Positions 50,343 through 62,030 of a stretch of DNA of 64,000 nucleotides are shown one piece after another (within the stretch, counting starts at the first letter, position 1; each line of letters opens with the position of its first letter). Both the position numbers and the translations under genes were made by a program. Source of the DNA: Eremomyces bilateralis CBS 781.70 (lineage: Eukaryota); NCBI GenBank assembly GCA_010015585.1, contig ML975152.1; one strand, written 5' to 3'. Below the pieces are notes generated by a model. That model had not been told where the DNA came from, did no database searches, and saw only the letters and a list, made by a program, of their open reading frames with translations.

Positions 50343-51283
50343 AACTATCCTCAAAGCTGGATCATGCCTCAGATAACAAAGATGTCGCTACGATGGGATG
50401 CCGCAATGGGATGCCGCAATGGACGTAAGGATAGGCTCCTTTCAAGCAATGTCGAACAGGGGCTGGTATGGAGCCCTACATAGTAGCGATTTATGAGCAC
50501 ACCTTGTGGATTGCCTGTTGGCAGAATCTAGACTTCGAGAACTATGTGGTCGTCCCGTCATCGCTTGGTTGGGAAAAGGGTAACGCACCTGCGGGCTGTG
50601 GCTGGATATGCGCCAAGCCATCGAAGGGTACCTGTAAGTAGAAAGCCGGTGTCGCAGAAGCCGGAGACCTCTCGGAATATGATTTCCTTCGTCATATTAT
50701 TAATCTAGTTCGCCGACCTACCTAGGCTGCTGTATCCGAGTGATGAGTGATCTCGAGCAGAGGTCCATGAATATCACTTTAAATTTGCCTTCCATGATGA
50801 TGACAGTGTTCCCGCATGGTCGCTCTGAGATGAATGCTATTTCATTGAGAAGATAATTGGTTATTGTATCGGATTTAACGATAGATCCATAAGCAATCAC
50901 CAATTAGCATTAACTATTGCAGTCTTCTTTAGTTACAGAAGATCCCAGCACCGGGCTTAAACAACCCTTGGGTCTTAACTGTGTATTCGGTGTTGAAGAA
51001 CAGTCTGGTAGAGTTGAGGTCATGATTGTGCACACAAAATACCACCAGTTTCACATCAAAGTCGGGGAAGGCCTTACGGAGCTGGATATGTAGCGCATGC
51101 AACTAGAAAATTGCCTCGTCTGCATTAATAATTGTATTCGATTCTACGGAGTATAAAACCTGTATCAACCTCGCAATCTCCTTTGGTAGATATTCCAATC
51201 CCAACCTCCTAGCCTTACAACAACCTACCAGAAGCTGTTACACCACTTAAACGACGCCGCAATCGCGAAAGTTTGATCAGAAT

Positions 51284-52702
51284 ATGTCTCCACCAACTCT
51301 GCCAAAGACATACCGGGCGGTGGTGGTTGAAGGTCCAAACCAGCCGCTCGCGATCAAAGAATTTCCTCTCGAGGAGCCGAAACCCGGCGAGATCCTCATC
51401 AAGGTATCATCGCAGAATGCAGATAATGGCAGGAACGGTTGACTGACTCCTATCTAGGTGCATTGCTGCGGTGTCTGCCACAGTGACGAACTTCTGATCA
51501 AAGGCCTATTCGGTCCCATGTGAGTGAAATCCCTCGCTATGATAGCAATAGCGGGCTAGATGGGCATTGGTGCTTGCAGCCGTTCGGAAATACCAAAGGG
51601 TTGGTGCTAACAGCTAAACCAGGGCCAAGTTCCCAGCTATTCCCGGCCACGAAACCATTGGGACGATCGTGCGTGTTGGCTCTGGTGAGAAGAGATGGGA
51701 GATCGGAGAGGTGGTGGGGGGAGCATGGCATGGCGGGCATGACGGCGTCTGCAAATCCTGCAGCCACGGAGACTTCCAGATGTGCGACAATGCAGAGGTT
51801 AATGGCGTAACGAGATCCGGAGGATGTAATTATGCGACCGTGCTCTTTCATGGTCAAACCGCATGGCTAACGTATCATAGATGCAGAATACGCATATCTC
51901 CGAACTGAGGCAGCTGTTCACATTCCCAAAGAGATTCCCGCTTCCGAATATCCAGCCATTGCGCCATTGCTGTGCGCAGGAGTCACGGTCTTCAATGGCA
52001 TCCGCGAGATGGACATCACGCCGGGAGGAACAGTGGTGATCCAAGGTCTTGGTGGGCTTGGTCATCTTGCCCTTCAGTTTGCCCGGAAAATGGTGAGTGT
52101 TCCTCGGATATCTGTCGTGGTTCTCATTGACACCCCCCATCAGGGTTACCGAACGGTAGCATTAAGCTCGAGCGAAAAGAAGAGAGACTTTGCCTTGGAC
52201 CTGGGAGCGACGGACTATATCGATGCTAGCAAAGACGATGCAGCGCAGCAACTGCAGGCGATGGGCGGCGCCAATTTGATCGTGGTCACAGCACCGAACC
52301 CTGAAGTAGTTCCGCCTCTTCTCAGCGGGCTTGCTGCGCGTGGAAAGCTGCTGATTCTCGCTCGTAAGTTAAAAATCTCCCTTATTGGCTCGGTGTTTAG
52401 ACTGACAATGGTCTAACAGCGGTCGGCGATGTTCCTGTAAACACGGGGATGATGATTTTGCGGGGTATAAGTGTTTGGGGTAAGTCCTCCTCTACATCAT
52501 ATTAGGTCTATTGCTTACGTTCCTTCTTTCATTAGGATGGCCTAGTGGACATGCGCGTGACGCAGAAGAAACGATCGACTTTGCGAACAGACAAGGCGTT
52601 GACTGCATGATTGAGAAATTCCCCATGGACGACGTGCAGAATGCACTTGACCAAATGAACAGTGGAAATGTCCGGTTCAGGGGCGTCCTGATGATGGAAT
52701 GA
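51284..52702 (+). CDS. Zn-dependent alcohol dehydrogenase (MDR family), multi-intron
   Basis: CGVCHSD, PGHETIG, GGHDGVCKSC, PLLCAGVTVFN, QGLGGLGH, GWPSGHA motifs. Confidence 0.92.
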
Positions 52703-52977
52703 GGAGAAGCAAAATCAGAGGACTTTGATGTAGTAATAGTGGACAGAATGGCGAGTGTGCAGTGACTTATTCGTGCAAGCCGGAATATTAATACAGATTT
52801 GAAAGATTCTGCCAAGTTTCGTAGGGGAGTGATGGCGCGTGAGTGATTGGATGGAATAACTTCGGTTAATCTTACCTTGCACCCCTGCAAACCCGAACCT
52901 CAATGCCAACGTGAACCTCAGGAATATTTCTCTTCTGCGATATTGGAATGTGAGCTTAGTATCATTCTCGGGGCGCC

Positions 52978-54129
52978 ATGCCACCTCGTTATCTTCTCAC
53001 CCAAGCGCAGAGCTTTCTGCCCACCTGCGCCTGCCGAATCCCGGCCGTTCTCCCCGCATTCCCCCTTCGCACCCAAGCCCGATTCGCATCCCTTCTCGGC
53101 GACCTCCAGAACGTCCCGACTTCCTACAGCAAAGCTATTCGACTTGGACGAGGTCCGTCGTCAGGGAAGGGCAAAACCTCCGGACGGGGTCACAAAGGAC
53201 AGAAACAGCATGGAAAGGTGCCCGCGGGATTCACAGGTGGACAGACGAAGCTGGAGGTGACGAATCCGACGCGAGGAAAGGACAATGAGAAGTATGCGCA
53301 ACAATAGACATGATATACGATCAATGGCTGAATTAGTCTAGTTTCTCATCGGATCTAGCGCCGTTGAACATCGACCGCATACAGGAATGGATCGATCAAG
53401 GCAGGATAGACCCGTCGAAGCCCATTACAATCAGAGAACTCTATCGGTCGAGATGCGTGAACCGAATTGGAGAGGGCATCAAGCTGCTTGGTCGCGTAAG
53501 TCTCCTGCACAAAACCCCAATGAACGATCGTTCTGATGGCATTGCAGAACTCCACCGCGCTTCGCTCGCCTATCCATATCACCGTCTCCCGTGCATCTTC
53601 ATCCGCAATCGCGGCAGTTGAGAGGGCCGGAGGCACCGTCACCACTCGATACTATACCGAGTTTTCTGTAAAGAAGATCTTAGCCGGCCTTATGCACCCG
53701 ACAATCTCTCTCCGCTCCCACCCGACCACTCAACCTTTCGAACTCCCCTTTGCGAGCGGCACTTCATTTCCGATTCGGGATCAATCGCTCCTTGCTCTGC
53801 CCCGTACCTCCAACGAGGGTGAAATTGTGTCAAACTCGTCTGTATCTTCGAATTCTACCGGCGAGGCGCAAGAAGCACAGTCATCCGATCCCTCAGCTCC
53901 GCTTTGGGAGCAAATGCAAGAGATTCGACGGCAGTTTAAGTATCGATTGCCGGACCCCATCCGACGAAAGGATCAAGAGTACTATCGAGATGCTGCTCAT
54001 CGAGGATACTTGCAGCACGAGGTCGCTGAAGGAGAAGGACCGAGTCTGTTCTTCCGGCCAAGGCCGGAAGGTATCCCGGTGGCGCGTACAAAGAAGGTCA
54101 AGAAGGTGGACGAGAACAAGTTGTGGTAA
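52978..54129 (+). CDS. MRPL10: Mitochondrial ribosomal protein uL15m (2 introns)
   Basis: [64 protein letters not shown] motifs. Confidence 0.92.
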
Positions 54130-54250
54130 AGCTCCCGCGAGCTGGATGGAGGTGCCATTTGTAGGATAAGCTTGTGAATTATTCCCCCATATGAAGCGTT
54201 GGTTCAGATATATGTCGAAATAAAAAATGCGCCCTCGCTACCCATTCATT

Positions 54251-55618
54251 TCAAATCCCATTCCCTTCCACGGGCGTCTGCTCTTCCGACCCACTGATCA
54301 CGACGTTGTGGTATATCTTCCCCTCGTGGACGCCGCCATCGACCTTGCTATTCTCCACCTCACAATTGGTCAGTTCGGCGTCCCATATCTGCGACTCCTT
54401 GACCGTCGTGGCCGCTAGCGTCGAGCCAAGGATCTCCGAATTTTCCACTCGGCTTGCTTCCATTTCTGTTCGTTGCAGGTCGGAGCATTTCACCGTCGAC
54501 CGTATTATTGAGCATGTTACCGCCAGCGAGTTGCTGACCTCTGATTGCCGCACGTCGGAGTGTGGTAGGTGCGAGACGTTGTCCACGGTCGAGGTGCGGA
54601 CCTTCGGTGTCCCCTCAATCAGTACCGAATGTCTTCTGTCGACCGTGGGTGTGGGGGCTCCTGATTGAGGAGGCGGTTGACGCGGCCCTGGTGGTCCTCC
54701 TGTGAAGGTCCTCCGCACGAGTTGTGTCGGTGGTCTGCGATCATCTTCCGGGTCACGACCATCGCTATCAAGAGACATGCACGGTTCGCGTAGGTGCGGC
54801 TGACGCAGATTTGCCAGCGGAACATCGCCCACTCGGCTGCGAGGGTACCCTCCGCCAAACGCCATCCGCTGTCCTTGGTCGTGGAGACTTACACCCCGTT
54901 GGAGCAGCATGTCACTCAGCGAGCTCGAGTTTTCAAAGAAACTGGCGTACGTCGGCGAAGGATTCTCCGTTCGTCGTCGTTTCACACTGTCAGCGATCCC
55001 TACATGTGATGTATGGAACGGCGAGTTGGTTTCATATCGGCCCCTATGGATCGTATCTGCATGATATTGGGGGGAAAAAGCATCTGAATTCCGCTGATGG
55101 GCCACTTGGTCGTCCGCTGTATGGAACCTAGGAAACCTCGCAGCAGGCTGGGACGCCCGGGTACGTTCGACGGCGTCGCGAACCCATTGATAGAGCGTAA
55201 TATATTTCACACCCAGCTCGTCCGCCGCCTTCTTCTTATCAATCCCGCGTTCCTTCGAGTGCTTTAGAAAATACTCGACCGCCTTGGCCTTGTCTTCCGG
55301 AAAGTACGCTCCTGTCCTGCCTTCGCGCCGCAGCACGGGGACACCGAGGAGGGGAGCATTTGATCCGACGACCTGGACCGCTTGTATTATAGGTTGGATT
55401 GCCTCAATTCCATTTTCAATGTTGACTGGAGTTGGTTGGTGTGACTGCCGTGCAGAGACTATGGAGTCTTCCGAGTCAGATGATGAGCCGATGTCAAGGA
55501 CCAGGGGTGGTGAGTCCGATGAAGCCCCCGATGAAGCTCCGGGCGAATGCCCTGGTGAATGCCCCGGTGAATTCCCCAAGGAAGTTGAGATTGGTTGCTC
55601 TAGCGAATGCGGCAGTAC
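54251..55618 (-). CDS. Orphan protein with HTH-like segment and C-terminal 5-residue periodic repeats
   Basis: Long intronless ORF containing EDKAKAV..KKAADELGVKYITLYQWVR and a periodic S/T-x-V/I/L tail. Confidence 0.6.
   Translation of the reverse strand, partial: VLPHSLEQPISTSLGNSPGHSPGHSPGASSGASSDSPPLVLDIGSSSDSEDSIVSARQSHQPTPVNIENGIEAIQPIIQAVQVVGSNAPLLGVPVLRREGRTGAYFPEDKAKAVEYFLKHSKERGIDKKKAADELGVKYITLYQWVRDAVERTRASQPAARFPRFHTADDQVAHQRNSDAFSPQYHADTIHRGRYETNSPFHTSHVGIADSVKRRRTENPSPTYASFFENSSSLSDMLLQRGVSLHDQGQRMAFGGGYPRSRVGDVPLANLRQPHLREPCMSLDSDGRDPEDDRRPPTQLVRRTFTGGPPGPRQPPPQSGAPTPTVDRRHSVLIEGTPKVRTSTVDNVSHLPHSDVRQSEVSNSLAVTCSIIRSTVKCSDLQRTEMEASRVENSEILGSTLAATTVKESQIWDAELTNCEVENSKVDGGVHEGKIYHNVVISGSEEQTPVEGNGI
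55519..55577. repeat. 12-bp tandem coding repeats (SPGH/SSGA)
   Basis: GATGAAGCCCCC twice, then GGYGAATGCCCY three times. Confidence 0.7.
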
Positions 55619-56321
55619 TGGGGCGCTAAACGACATCTTCGAGTTATTGACTCAGCTCAGAAAGCTAAGCAGCTACAATGGCTTCTTGCTGGGGTGAGGG
55701 ATTCATAAGTAATGAATTGTCCTAGTTGCAGTTTCGCGTTCGGGGAGTTGCGCAAGTGTGATACGATCCATGTGTTAGTTACTGCAGAGGATTCCTAGCT
55801 CTTCCTATGCTAACGTTCCTCGCAAGACCGAAACGGTCGGTATGCCATTGATCATCAAAAGAAATAGTGTTCGAGGTGAAGGACAGAGTGAGTATTTCGA
55901 GAACAACACCATTTATTAGGGAAGATTAACTTTCCCATCAGTTTAAAAGCAATTTAACTTTGATTTAAGCCACAGCGTCCTCTATAGTGAATCTGAATCT
56001 GAATCTAAATCAATCTTAAGGCATCGATAATTGATGCCTTTCCAATGTCCTGGTCCTGGTCCAGGCGCAAGGCATCAATCTTGACATCACAACAGAACAG
56101 TTCCTGATGTACAGTACAAAACAGTATTCCGTAGCCAAATCATGATGCCGTTGATATGCGCCAGTGACCCAGTGCGGATGGACTTATGATCGGATACCTG
56201 CCGTATTGTGTGTTGAAACATTCCCACCAGCCAAGGATATACGGAAAACTTTGAAGTCACTCATCTAGATTGAAATGATCGCCATCATTGAGGAATACGA
56301 CTGCTAGACCAACAGGACACC

Positions 56322-58054
56322 ATGGGCAAAGGTATGTCGCCTTCCTAGTTCCATTGAAGCTATTTTTGACAGATCTCGAAGGCACGGATAAGCTATACAT
56401 CACTCACTCCGAGTGGGCGTCAGGAGATGCCTTTGGAGCGAGTGCCGGCTCAAAAGCTGGCAAACAAGCGGTCGACACAACCTTCAAACGATTACCTTAT
56501 AACTACTGTGCGGTGTCCTTGCAGCCGTTTAGCGATCCTGTCTGCACGGAGAACGGGACCATATTCGACCTGTCAAATATATTAGCGTGGCTTGCGAAGC
56601 ATAGAACGAATCCAGTGGATGGAACACCGCTGAAGCGCGCCGACTTGATCAAGTTAAACTTCGCGAAAAACGATGACGGAGAATATGTCGACCCGGTAAC
56701 GTTCAAGGTCTTCACAGACAATACCCATATCGTAGCGTTAAAGGTTTCGGGAAACGTTTTTGCTTGGGATACCGTTCAGCGACTGAACATCAAAGCCAAG
56801 AATTGGAAGGATTTGGTCACCGACCAAGAGTTTACCAGGAAGGACATCATCACCTTACAGGATCCACATAACATCGAAGCAAGGAATCTCAGTTCATTTC
56901 AGTATTTGAAAGAGGGAGAAAAACCTGTAGCCGCACACCAGGATCCCGACGAAAGTAATGGAATCAACGCGTCAGCCCTGGGAAGCTCGGCGAAGATTCT
57001 CCGAGCAAAGGAGGCAGTGGCTAAAGCACGCGCTGAGCGTGCTACGGAGGGCCAGCAAGCCAAAGGCCAACTATCGCGAAATGCACAGAAGGCGGCCTTG
57101 AGTGGCAGTGGTACAGTACGAAAACTTCCACCGAAGAATGCCGCCCACTACACCACCGGGCAAGCTGCTGCATCATTTACTAGCACTGGTCTTACCCCTC
57201 AAACCGACGCCAGCCTCGCAATCCTGTCCGACGAAGAGTATATGCTCAAGCCCAAACGAGTCAAGCATAAGGGATACGCCATTCTTTCCACCAACCTTGG
57301 CGACCTGAAGGTTGAACTATACCCCGAGTGGGCCCCTCGAGCCGTGTGGAACTTCATTCGCCTTGGCCAAAAGGGCTACTACCGAAATATCGACTTTCAC
57401 CGAAATATCAGAAACTTCATGCTGCAGGGCGGCGACCCCACGGGGTCGGGACGAGGTGGCTCGTCCATATGGGGCAAGCCATTCGTGGACGAGATCGAGG
57501 GGCCTCTGGCGCATGACGGACGTGGCATGTTGAGTATGGCCAACAAAGGCAAAAACACCAATACCTCGCAGTTCTTCATCACGTATCGAGCATGCCCGCA
57601 CCTCGATCGGAAACACACCATTTTCGGCAAAGTCGTCGACAATCTCGACGTCCTGGCACGGCTGGAGGCGGTCAAAACGGACGACAAGGACCGACCCACA
57701 GGCGGAGACGGCGGAGAAGCCATTTTGCAAGATGTCACGGTTCTCATCGATCCATTTGAGGAATTCATGAAGGAGTCGGCCGCGCAAGAGGCTGAAAAAG
57801 TGCACAAGGAAGAGGTACGGCGACAAGGAGGGACTGAGGATGATAAACTGACTTGGACGGGGAAACGAGTCCGGGGCACAAAAGGCAATAGCGACGGCGC
57901 TTCTACCGGTGTTGGCAAGTATTTGAAAGCCGCCATGAATGATGATACCCCAACTGGGCACGACGAGATCATCGAGGAATGGGACGAGCCCGAGCAGCCG
58001 ATGAAAAAGAAGGGGAAAATATCTGCTGGGTTTGGCAACTTCGATAGTTGGTAG
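56322..58054 (+). CDS. CYP8: Peptidyl-prolyl isomerase-like 2 (U-box + cyclophilin; PPIL2/Cyp8)
   Basis: MGK|GTDKLYITHSEW with a short first intron, U-box CAVSLQPF, cyclophilin FHRNIRNFMLQGGDPTGSGRGG and SQFFITY. Confidence 0.93.
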
Positions 58055-58602
58055 CATCAAGGTCAAGGCTAGATGAGCGAACCTCGTGGTTCGTTCAGGG
58101 CTTTCGTGACTTGTTTTGCCGGCTATTTCTCAGCCGTCCCTGCAGCAACATCCTTTTATATTGCTGTTACTGCCATACCGCCGCATTCCTTTCCTAGGGC
58201 CGAAGTGGACAGAGTACGGCGGGTGTGCAAGCAACTAAGAAGAATGGTTGCTGAAACGGCATCCGTCTTGTTGGGAACGGACGCGAGAATGGAAGATATG
58301 GCTGACAGGTCGCATGCCGCTGGCTCAACTCCTGTTCAAAAACCAACCGTTCGTTTCGGCCACAATTTGAAGAGATGTAAACAGCCTGTCTGGAGCCGTC
58401 AAAATATTGAAGATGTTCCCGATGACTAAGTCAAACCACTCTCCTGAACCGAACTCGGCTCCTTCTCGCCAAGGTCCTCAATCCTCACACTCATCCGCGC
58501 ACTGTCTCGGACGACAGGTCCGCTCGAGTGTCACCAATGGACCTCCGGCCTCCTTATTCGTTTAAAAAAGAGTAAAAGAGACGACGGCAAATTGACCGCC
58601 GG

Positions 58603-58831
58603 TGACACGGTCTGGATGCGCAAGGTCTGCGATTACCAAGTTCCATTAATCTAAACTGAAGAGAGAGAGAGAGAGAAGAAATCTCCCGGCACCTTTGTGC
58701 GCGAGATAGCGACTCTCCTCTCCAATGCCCTACTGCTGTGTTACCATGTTTGTTTGCTTCTCTGATATAATCCACCAGCCACGTCTTCAGCCACAACCAA
58801 GGGAACAGGCCGCAGGCCTGGGACCATAACA
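58603..58831 (-). mobile_element. Solo LTR (family A) with 5-bp TSD
   Basis: 229 bp with TG...CA termini. GCCGG on both sides (58598-58602 and 58832-58836). An inverted copy lies at 61263-61491. Confidence 0.9.
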
Positions 58832-58896
58832 GCCGGTTTTGGCAGGCTTCCGTTGTTGGTATACCCGATCCCACTACTATAGCAATCGTGGCCCAC

Positions 58897-59119
58897 TGTA
58901 ACGAACGCGAAACCTACAAGATAGGGATATCAAGAAAAACGGTTTCTTTCGTCATATCAAAGCTACAGAAGAAGAAGAAGAAGAAAGAAAGAGAAAGCAA
59001 ACTGCAAACAGCTATTTAAAAACGACGAAAGCGGGCGTTTGCAAAGGAAACGGCGATAAGGCCACGAGGCACCAGGGCGCCGAGGCACCAAGGCGCTGTC
59101 CACCCATCGAACCGTGACA
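58897..59119 (-). mobile_element. Probable second solo LTR (family B)
   Basis: Termini TGTAACG...CGTGACA. On the minus strand a TATA-like TTTAAATA is followed by a CT-rich tract. Flanks are GCCCAC/GCCCGC (imperfect duplication). Confidence 0.65.
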
Positions 59120-59475
59120 GCCCGCAGCCCTCGATCCTCCCGGTCATTAGCTCACTCCTATCATCCGAGGTTTTTCCACCAGCACTCTTTAGAAATGTCT
59201 ATTATCTCATCACATTGATCGAGACATCCTCTACCGGGAGAACATGATCAGCTCCATCCTGTCACGCGCCAGAAGGAAAGGGCCTCCTTTGGTTCCAAGC
59301 AGGCAGCAAGGCCACTTATGGAAAGCGACGGCCCCGCCCTGACCACTTATTAGGACCGTGACTAGAGTACTCCATACCAAGGAACGTACGCCTTTTAGCT
59401 GAAATCAAGCGGCTCATCTCCAACGCAACTTCAACGAACGGAGTGCCCGCATATGAGAAGTCCCAGCTCACCATT

Positions 59476-60378
59476 ATGGCTTCTCCAACTTCACCAACTT
59501 CTCCAATCTCTCGAACTACAGAAACCCCACCGTTCGATGAAATGACTCCTAAGGTTCCACCAGCTGCAGGACTCGAACAAGCCCAAGTACTGCCATTCAG
59601 CATTGCCAATTTCAAGCGTGCTGTTGCGGATCGTCTGCGAGCTCTGGACGGCGACGGCGGAGACAATACACAGCGATGGATCGTTTTTTCGGCCTTTAAC
59701 CACTCGAAGCTCACCTACATCGACCGACTCCGTTACCCAGTTCGTTTACAACTTGATGACGATAAATTAATCGTCAGGATGGTGACCCATGTGCACGAGA
59801 ACATGCACGCCAACTTGCATGCCGAAATAATCATGCAGTTGAGGCTTATGGGTCTCCAGCTTAATCTGGAGTTTACGTGTTCCGGATCAGGCCGGTGCCG
59901 CCATCGCTCAGGCAATTCATTCAAGGAGGCGGACAGCTCAATAACACCTTCTAACCCCCCTCCATGGCCCGCCTTAATCATCGAGGCCGGTTGGACAGAG
60001 TGCTTAGGGCGTCTTCATATTGATGCACAATGGTGGCTATCGGCTCAATTGCCCCCAAACAATACTCGAATGGTGGTTCTAGCTTCGTTCAACAAATCAG
60101 GGCGTACCTTCCGCCTTGAAAGGTACGAGCTCGTCACCGTTGCTGACGCTAATCGAACGCGATCCGCGCCACTCGGAGTTCGAGATATCGCGATGTGCAC
60201 GGCAGCTACGACGATTGACCTCAGATCGACACCCCCAATCATCACTGGTGCGCCATTTGTGCTGCCTTTTAAGAAGATCATGCGGCGCCCTAAAGCGGCT
60301 GCTGAGCAGGACGTCTCGTTGAGCGCGGCCAATCTCGAGGCATGGGCCATGGGTATAGCTCGTTTGTACAACGTTTGA
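59476..60378 (+). CDS. PD-(D/E)XK restriction-endonuclease-fold (Uma2/CR-REase-like) protein
   Basis: Intronless. LIVRMVTHVHE..H, KEADSS..P..WPALIIEAGWTE..L..DAQWWL is the motif pattern of fungal REase-fold proteins. Confidence 0.7.
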   Translation: MASPTSPTSPISRTTETPPFDEMTPKVPPAAGLEQAQVLPFSIANFKRAVADRLRALDGDGGDNTQRWIVFSAFNHSKLTYIDRLRYPVRLQLDDDKLIVRMVTHVHENMHANLHAEIIMQLRLMGLQLNLEFTCSGSGRCRHRSGNSFKEADSSITPSNPPPWPALIIEAGWTECLGRLHIDAQWWLSAQLPPNNTRMVVLASFNKSGRTFRLERYELVTVADANRTRSAPLGVRDIAMCTAATTIDLRSTPPIITGAPFVLPFKKIMRRPKAAAEQDVSLSAANLEAWAMGIARLYNV

Positions 60379-61262
60379 GAGGGTCTAAAGCATGAGCATC
60401 TGAAGCTGGCGTCGTGTGGAGGAGTGAGCATCGATGGAGGTCGCGCCGTGTGAGTCATACAGCCAAATAGACCCCCGAAAACGGAGGTCTTCTTGCCGTC
60501 TGGTTGTTTGAGTAATAGATGTCTGATAGACGAAGATATTAATTCACAACTAGAGCTGTAATCCACCAGCGACCTAGCCACACCACCGAGTTAGTCACTT
60601 CAGCTCAATAACGACGATCGGTACCGTTTTTTCGAGATGCCTCGACAACAACAGCCTCAATTGTCCTCAAACGAGGCTAATATAAATTTAGCTAAAATGG
60701 CTATTGATTAAGGCCAAATTCGATCGAAGGATTTTATCTCTCTCTTTTGTTGCTTCTAAGTTAGATGTGCTGCCAGATCCAAAAATGACATCATCGAGAA
60801 CCGTTGGGGATCTCGCTGTGGCTGTGTGTAGGATCCCCGGAGCTTGGCGTGGTCGATCATACCAAGCTCCGGGGCGGCCTGGCACGACATCCTTCGCACG
60901 CTCTCCTGGTTCCGATTCTGGTCCCACAAACAGTATTCTACCACGGAACCATCCGCACGCTCCGTAGATTGCACGCTGGCTCTTAAAAGTGCGCTCTTTT
61001 GGAGTACACGCTCCCTTCCGTGTAGCCCTCCTCCCACGGCTACTCTCGTAAGATCTCGCTCCCACGACCACTCGCCCACGAACACATTAATACGAACACT
61101 TCCCACAACCATTCTCTCTCACGGTCGCCGCTCCACGGACATCCTCTCACAATTGCCACTCTCCCACGACCACTCTTCCACAATCCCCACAACCGCACGG
61201 TCGTTGTCACATGATCAGAGATATCTCTCCTCCACCACAGAGATGTCGTGTAACGCATTTCT

Positions 61263-62030
61263 TGTTATGGTCCCAGGCCTGCGGCCTGTTCCCTTGGTTG
61301 TGGCTGAAGACGTGGCTGGTGGATTATATCAGAGAAGCAAACAAACATGGTAACACAGCAGTAGGGCATTGGAGAGGAGAGTCGCTATCTCGCGCACAAA
61401 GGTGCCGGGAGATTTCTTCTCTCTCTCTCTCTCTTCAGTTTAGATTAATGGAACTTGGTAATCGCAGACCTTGCGCATCCAGACCGTGTCAACAACGAGC
61501 ATTATAGAGAAAGCCAACGTATTAGAAGAAATAAAGAAGGTCGCCGGAGAAGTAAGGAGGCGATACCCAGGCGAGAAAACGATAGATGAATATATCGCTG
61601 CCCTTCTAAAGGATATTAAGGAACGAGAAGGACCCGCCGCTGCGTAAGCGAAGGACTAGGTATTATTAGGACTAAGCCGTAGTATCCTTCCGAAGCTAGT
61701 AACCTTCGACGGTATTAAACGATCTAAATACCCGACTTTTAAAGATTAGGTAAAGAATAAGCTCGCGGTTAACCTGGCTAGAAATAACGAAAGCATACGA
61801 GTAGCCTATATATAAGCTTTCCTCGTGGGTCAAGCAGTAAAATACGTATAATACTTCATCTCGTCGGGACGAACTCTTAATATACTAACGACCGTTAGCG
61901 GCCTGTTTAAGTACCTTAACCGACGCTATATAGATCCCTATAAAGCGACTCGAGCGATAGATACCTACGGACAATTTAAGCAGGGTAATATAGACTTTAT
62001 CGAGTTCGTATCGGAACTCGACCGTCTTTA
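61263..62030 (+). mobile_element. Truncated Ty3/gypsy-like retrotransposon: 5' LTR (61263-61491) plus RIP-mutated gag
   Basis: The LTR matches 58603-58831. The frame from 61504 reads ..LPKLVTFDGIKRSKYPTFKD*..L..RYIDP..FKQGNIDFIEFVSELDRL. All its stops are TAA/TAG and TpA is in strong excess. Confidence 0.8.

Noticed and set aside
50718..51100. Possible minus-strand gene remnant upstream of ADH
   Set aside because: Contains stops and no identifiable family signature.
59260..59363. Possible third mini-LTR (TGTCACG...CGTGACT)
   Set aside because: Only ~100 bp, with an imperfect CA end and no TSD.
58603..61491. Single DNA transposon with 229-bp TIRs
   Set aside because: There is no TSD outside the pair. 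The left repeat has its own 5-bp TSD and the right adjoins gag, so both are LTRs.
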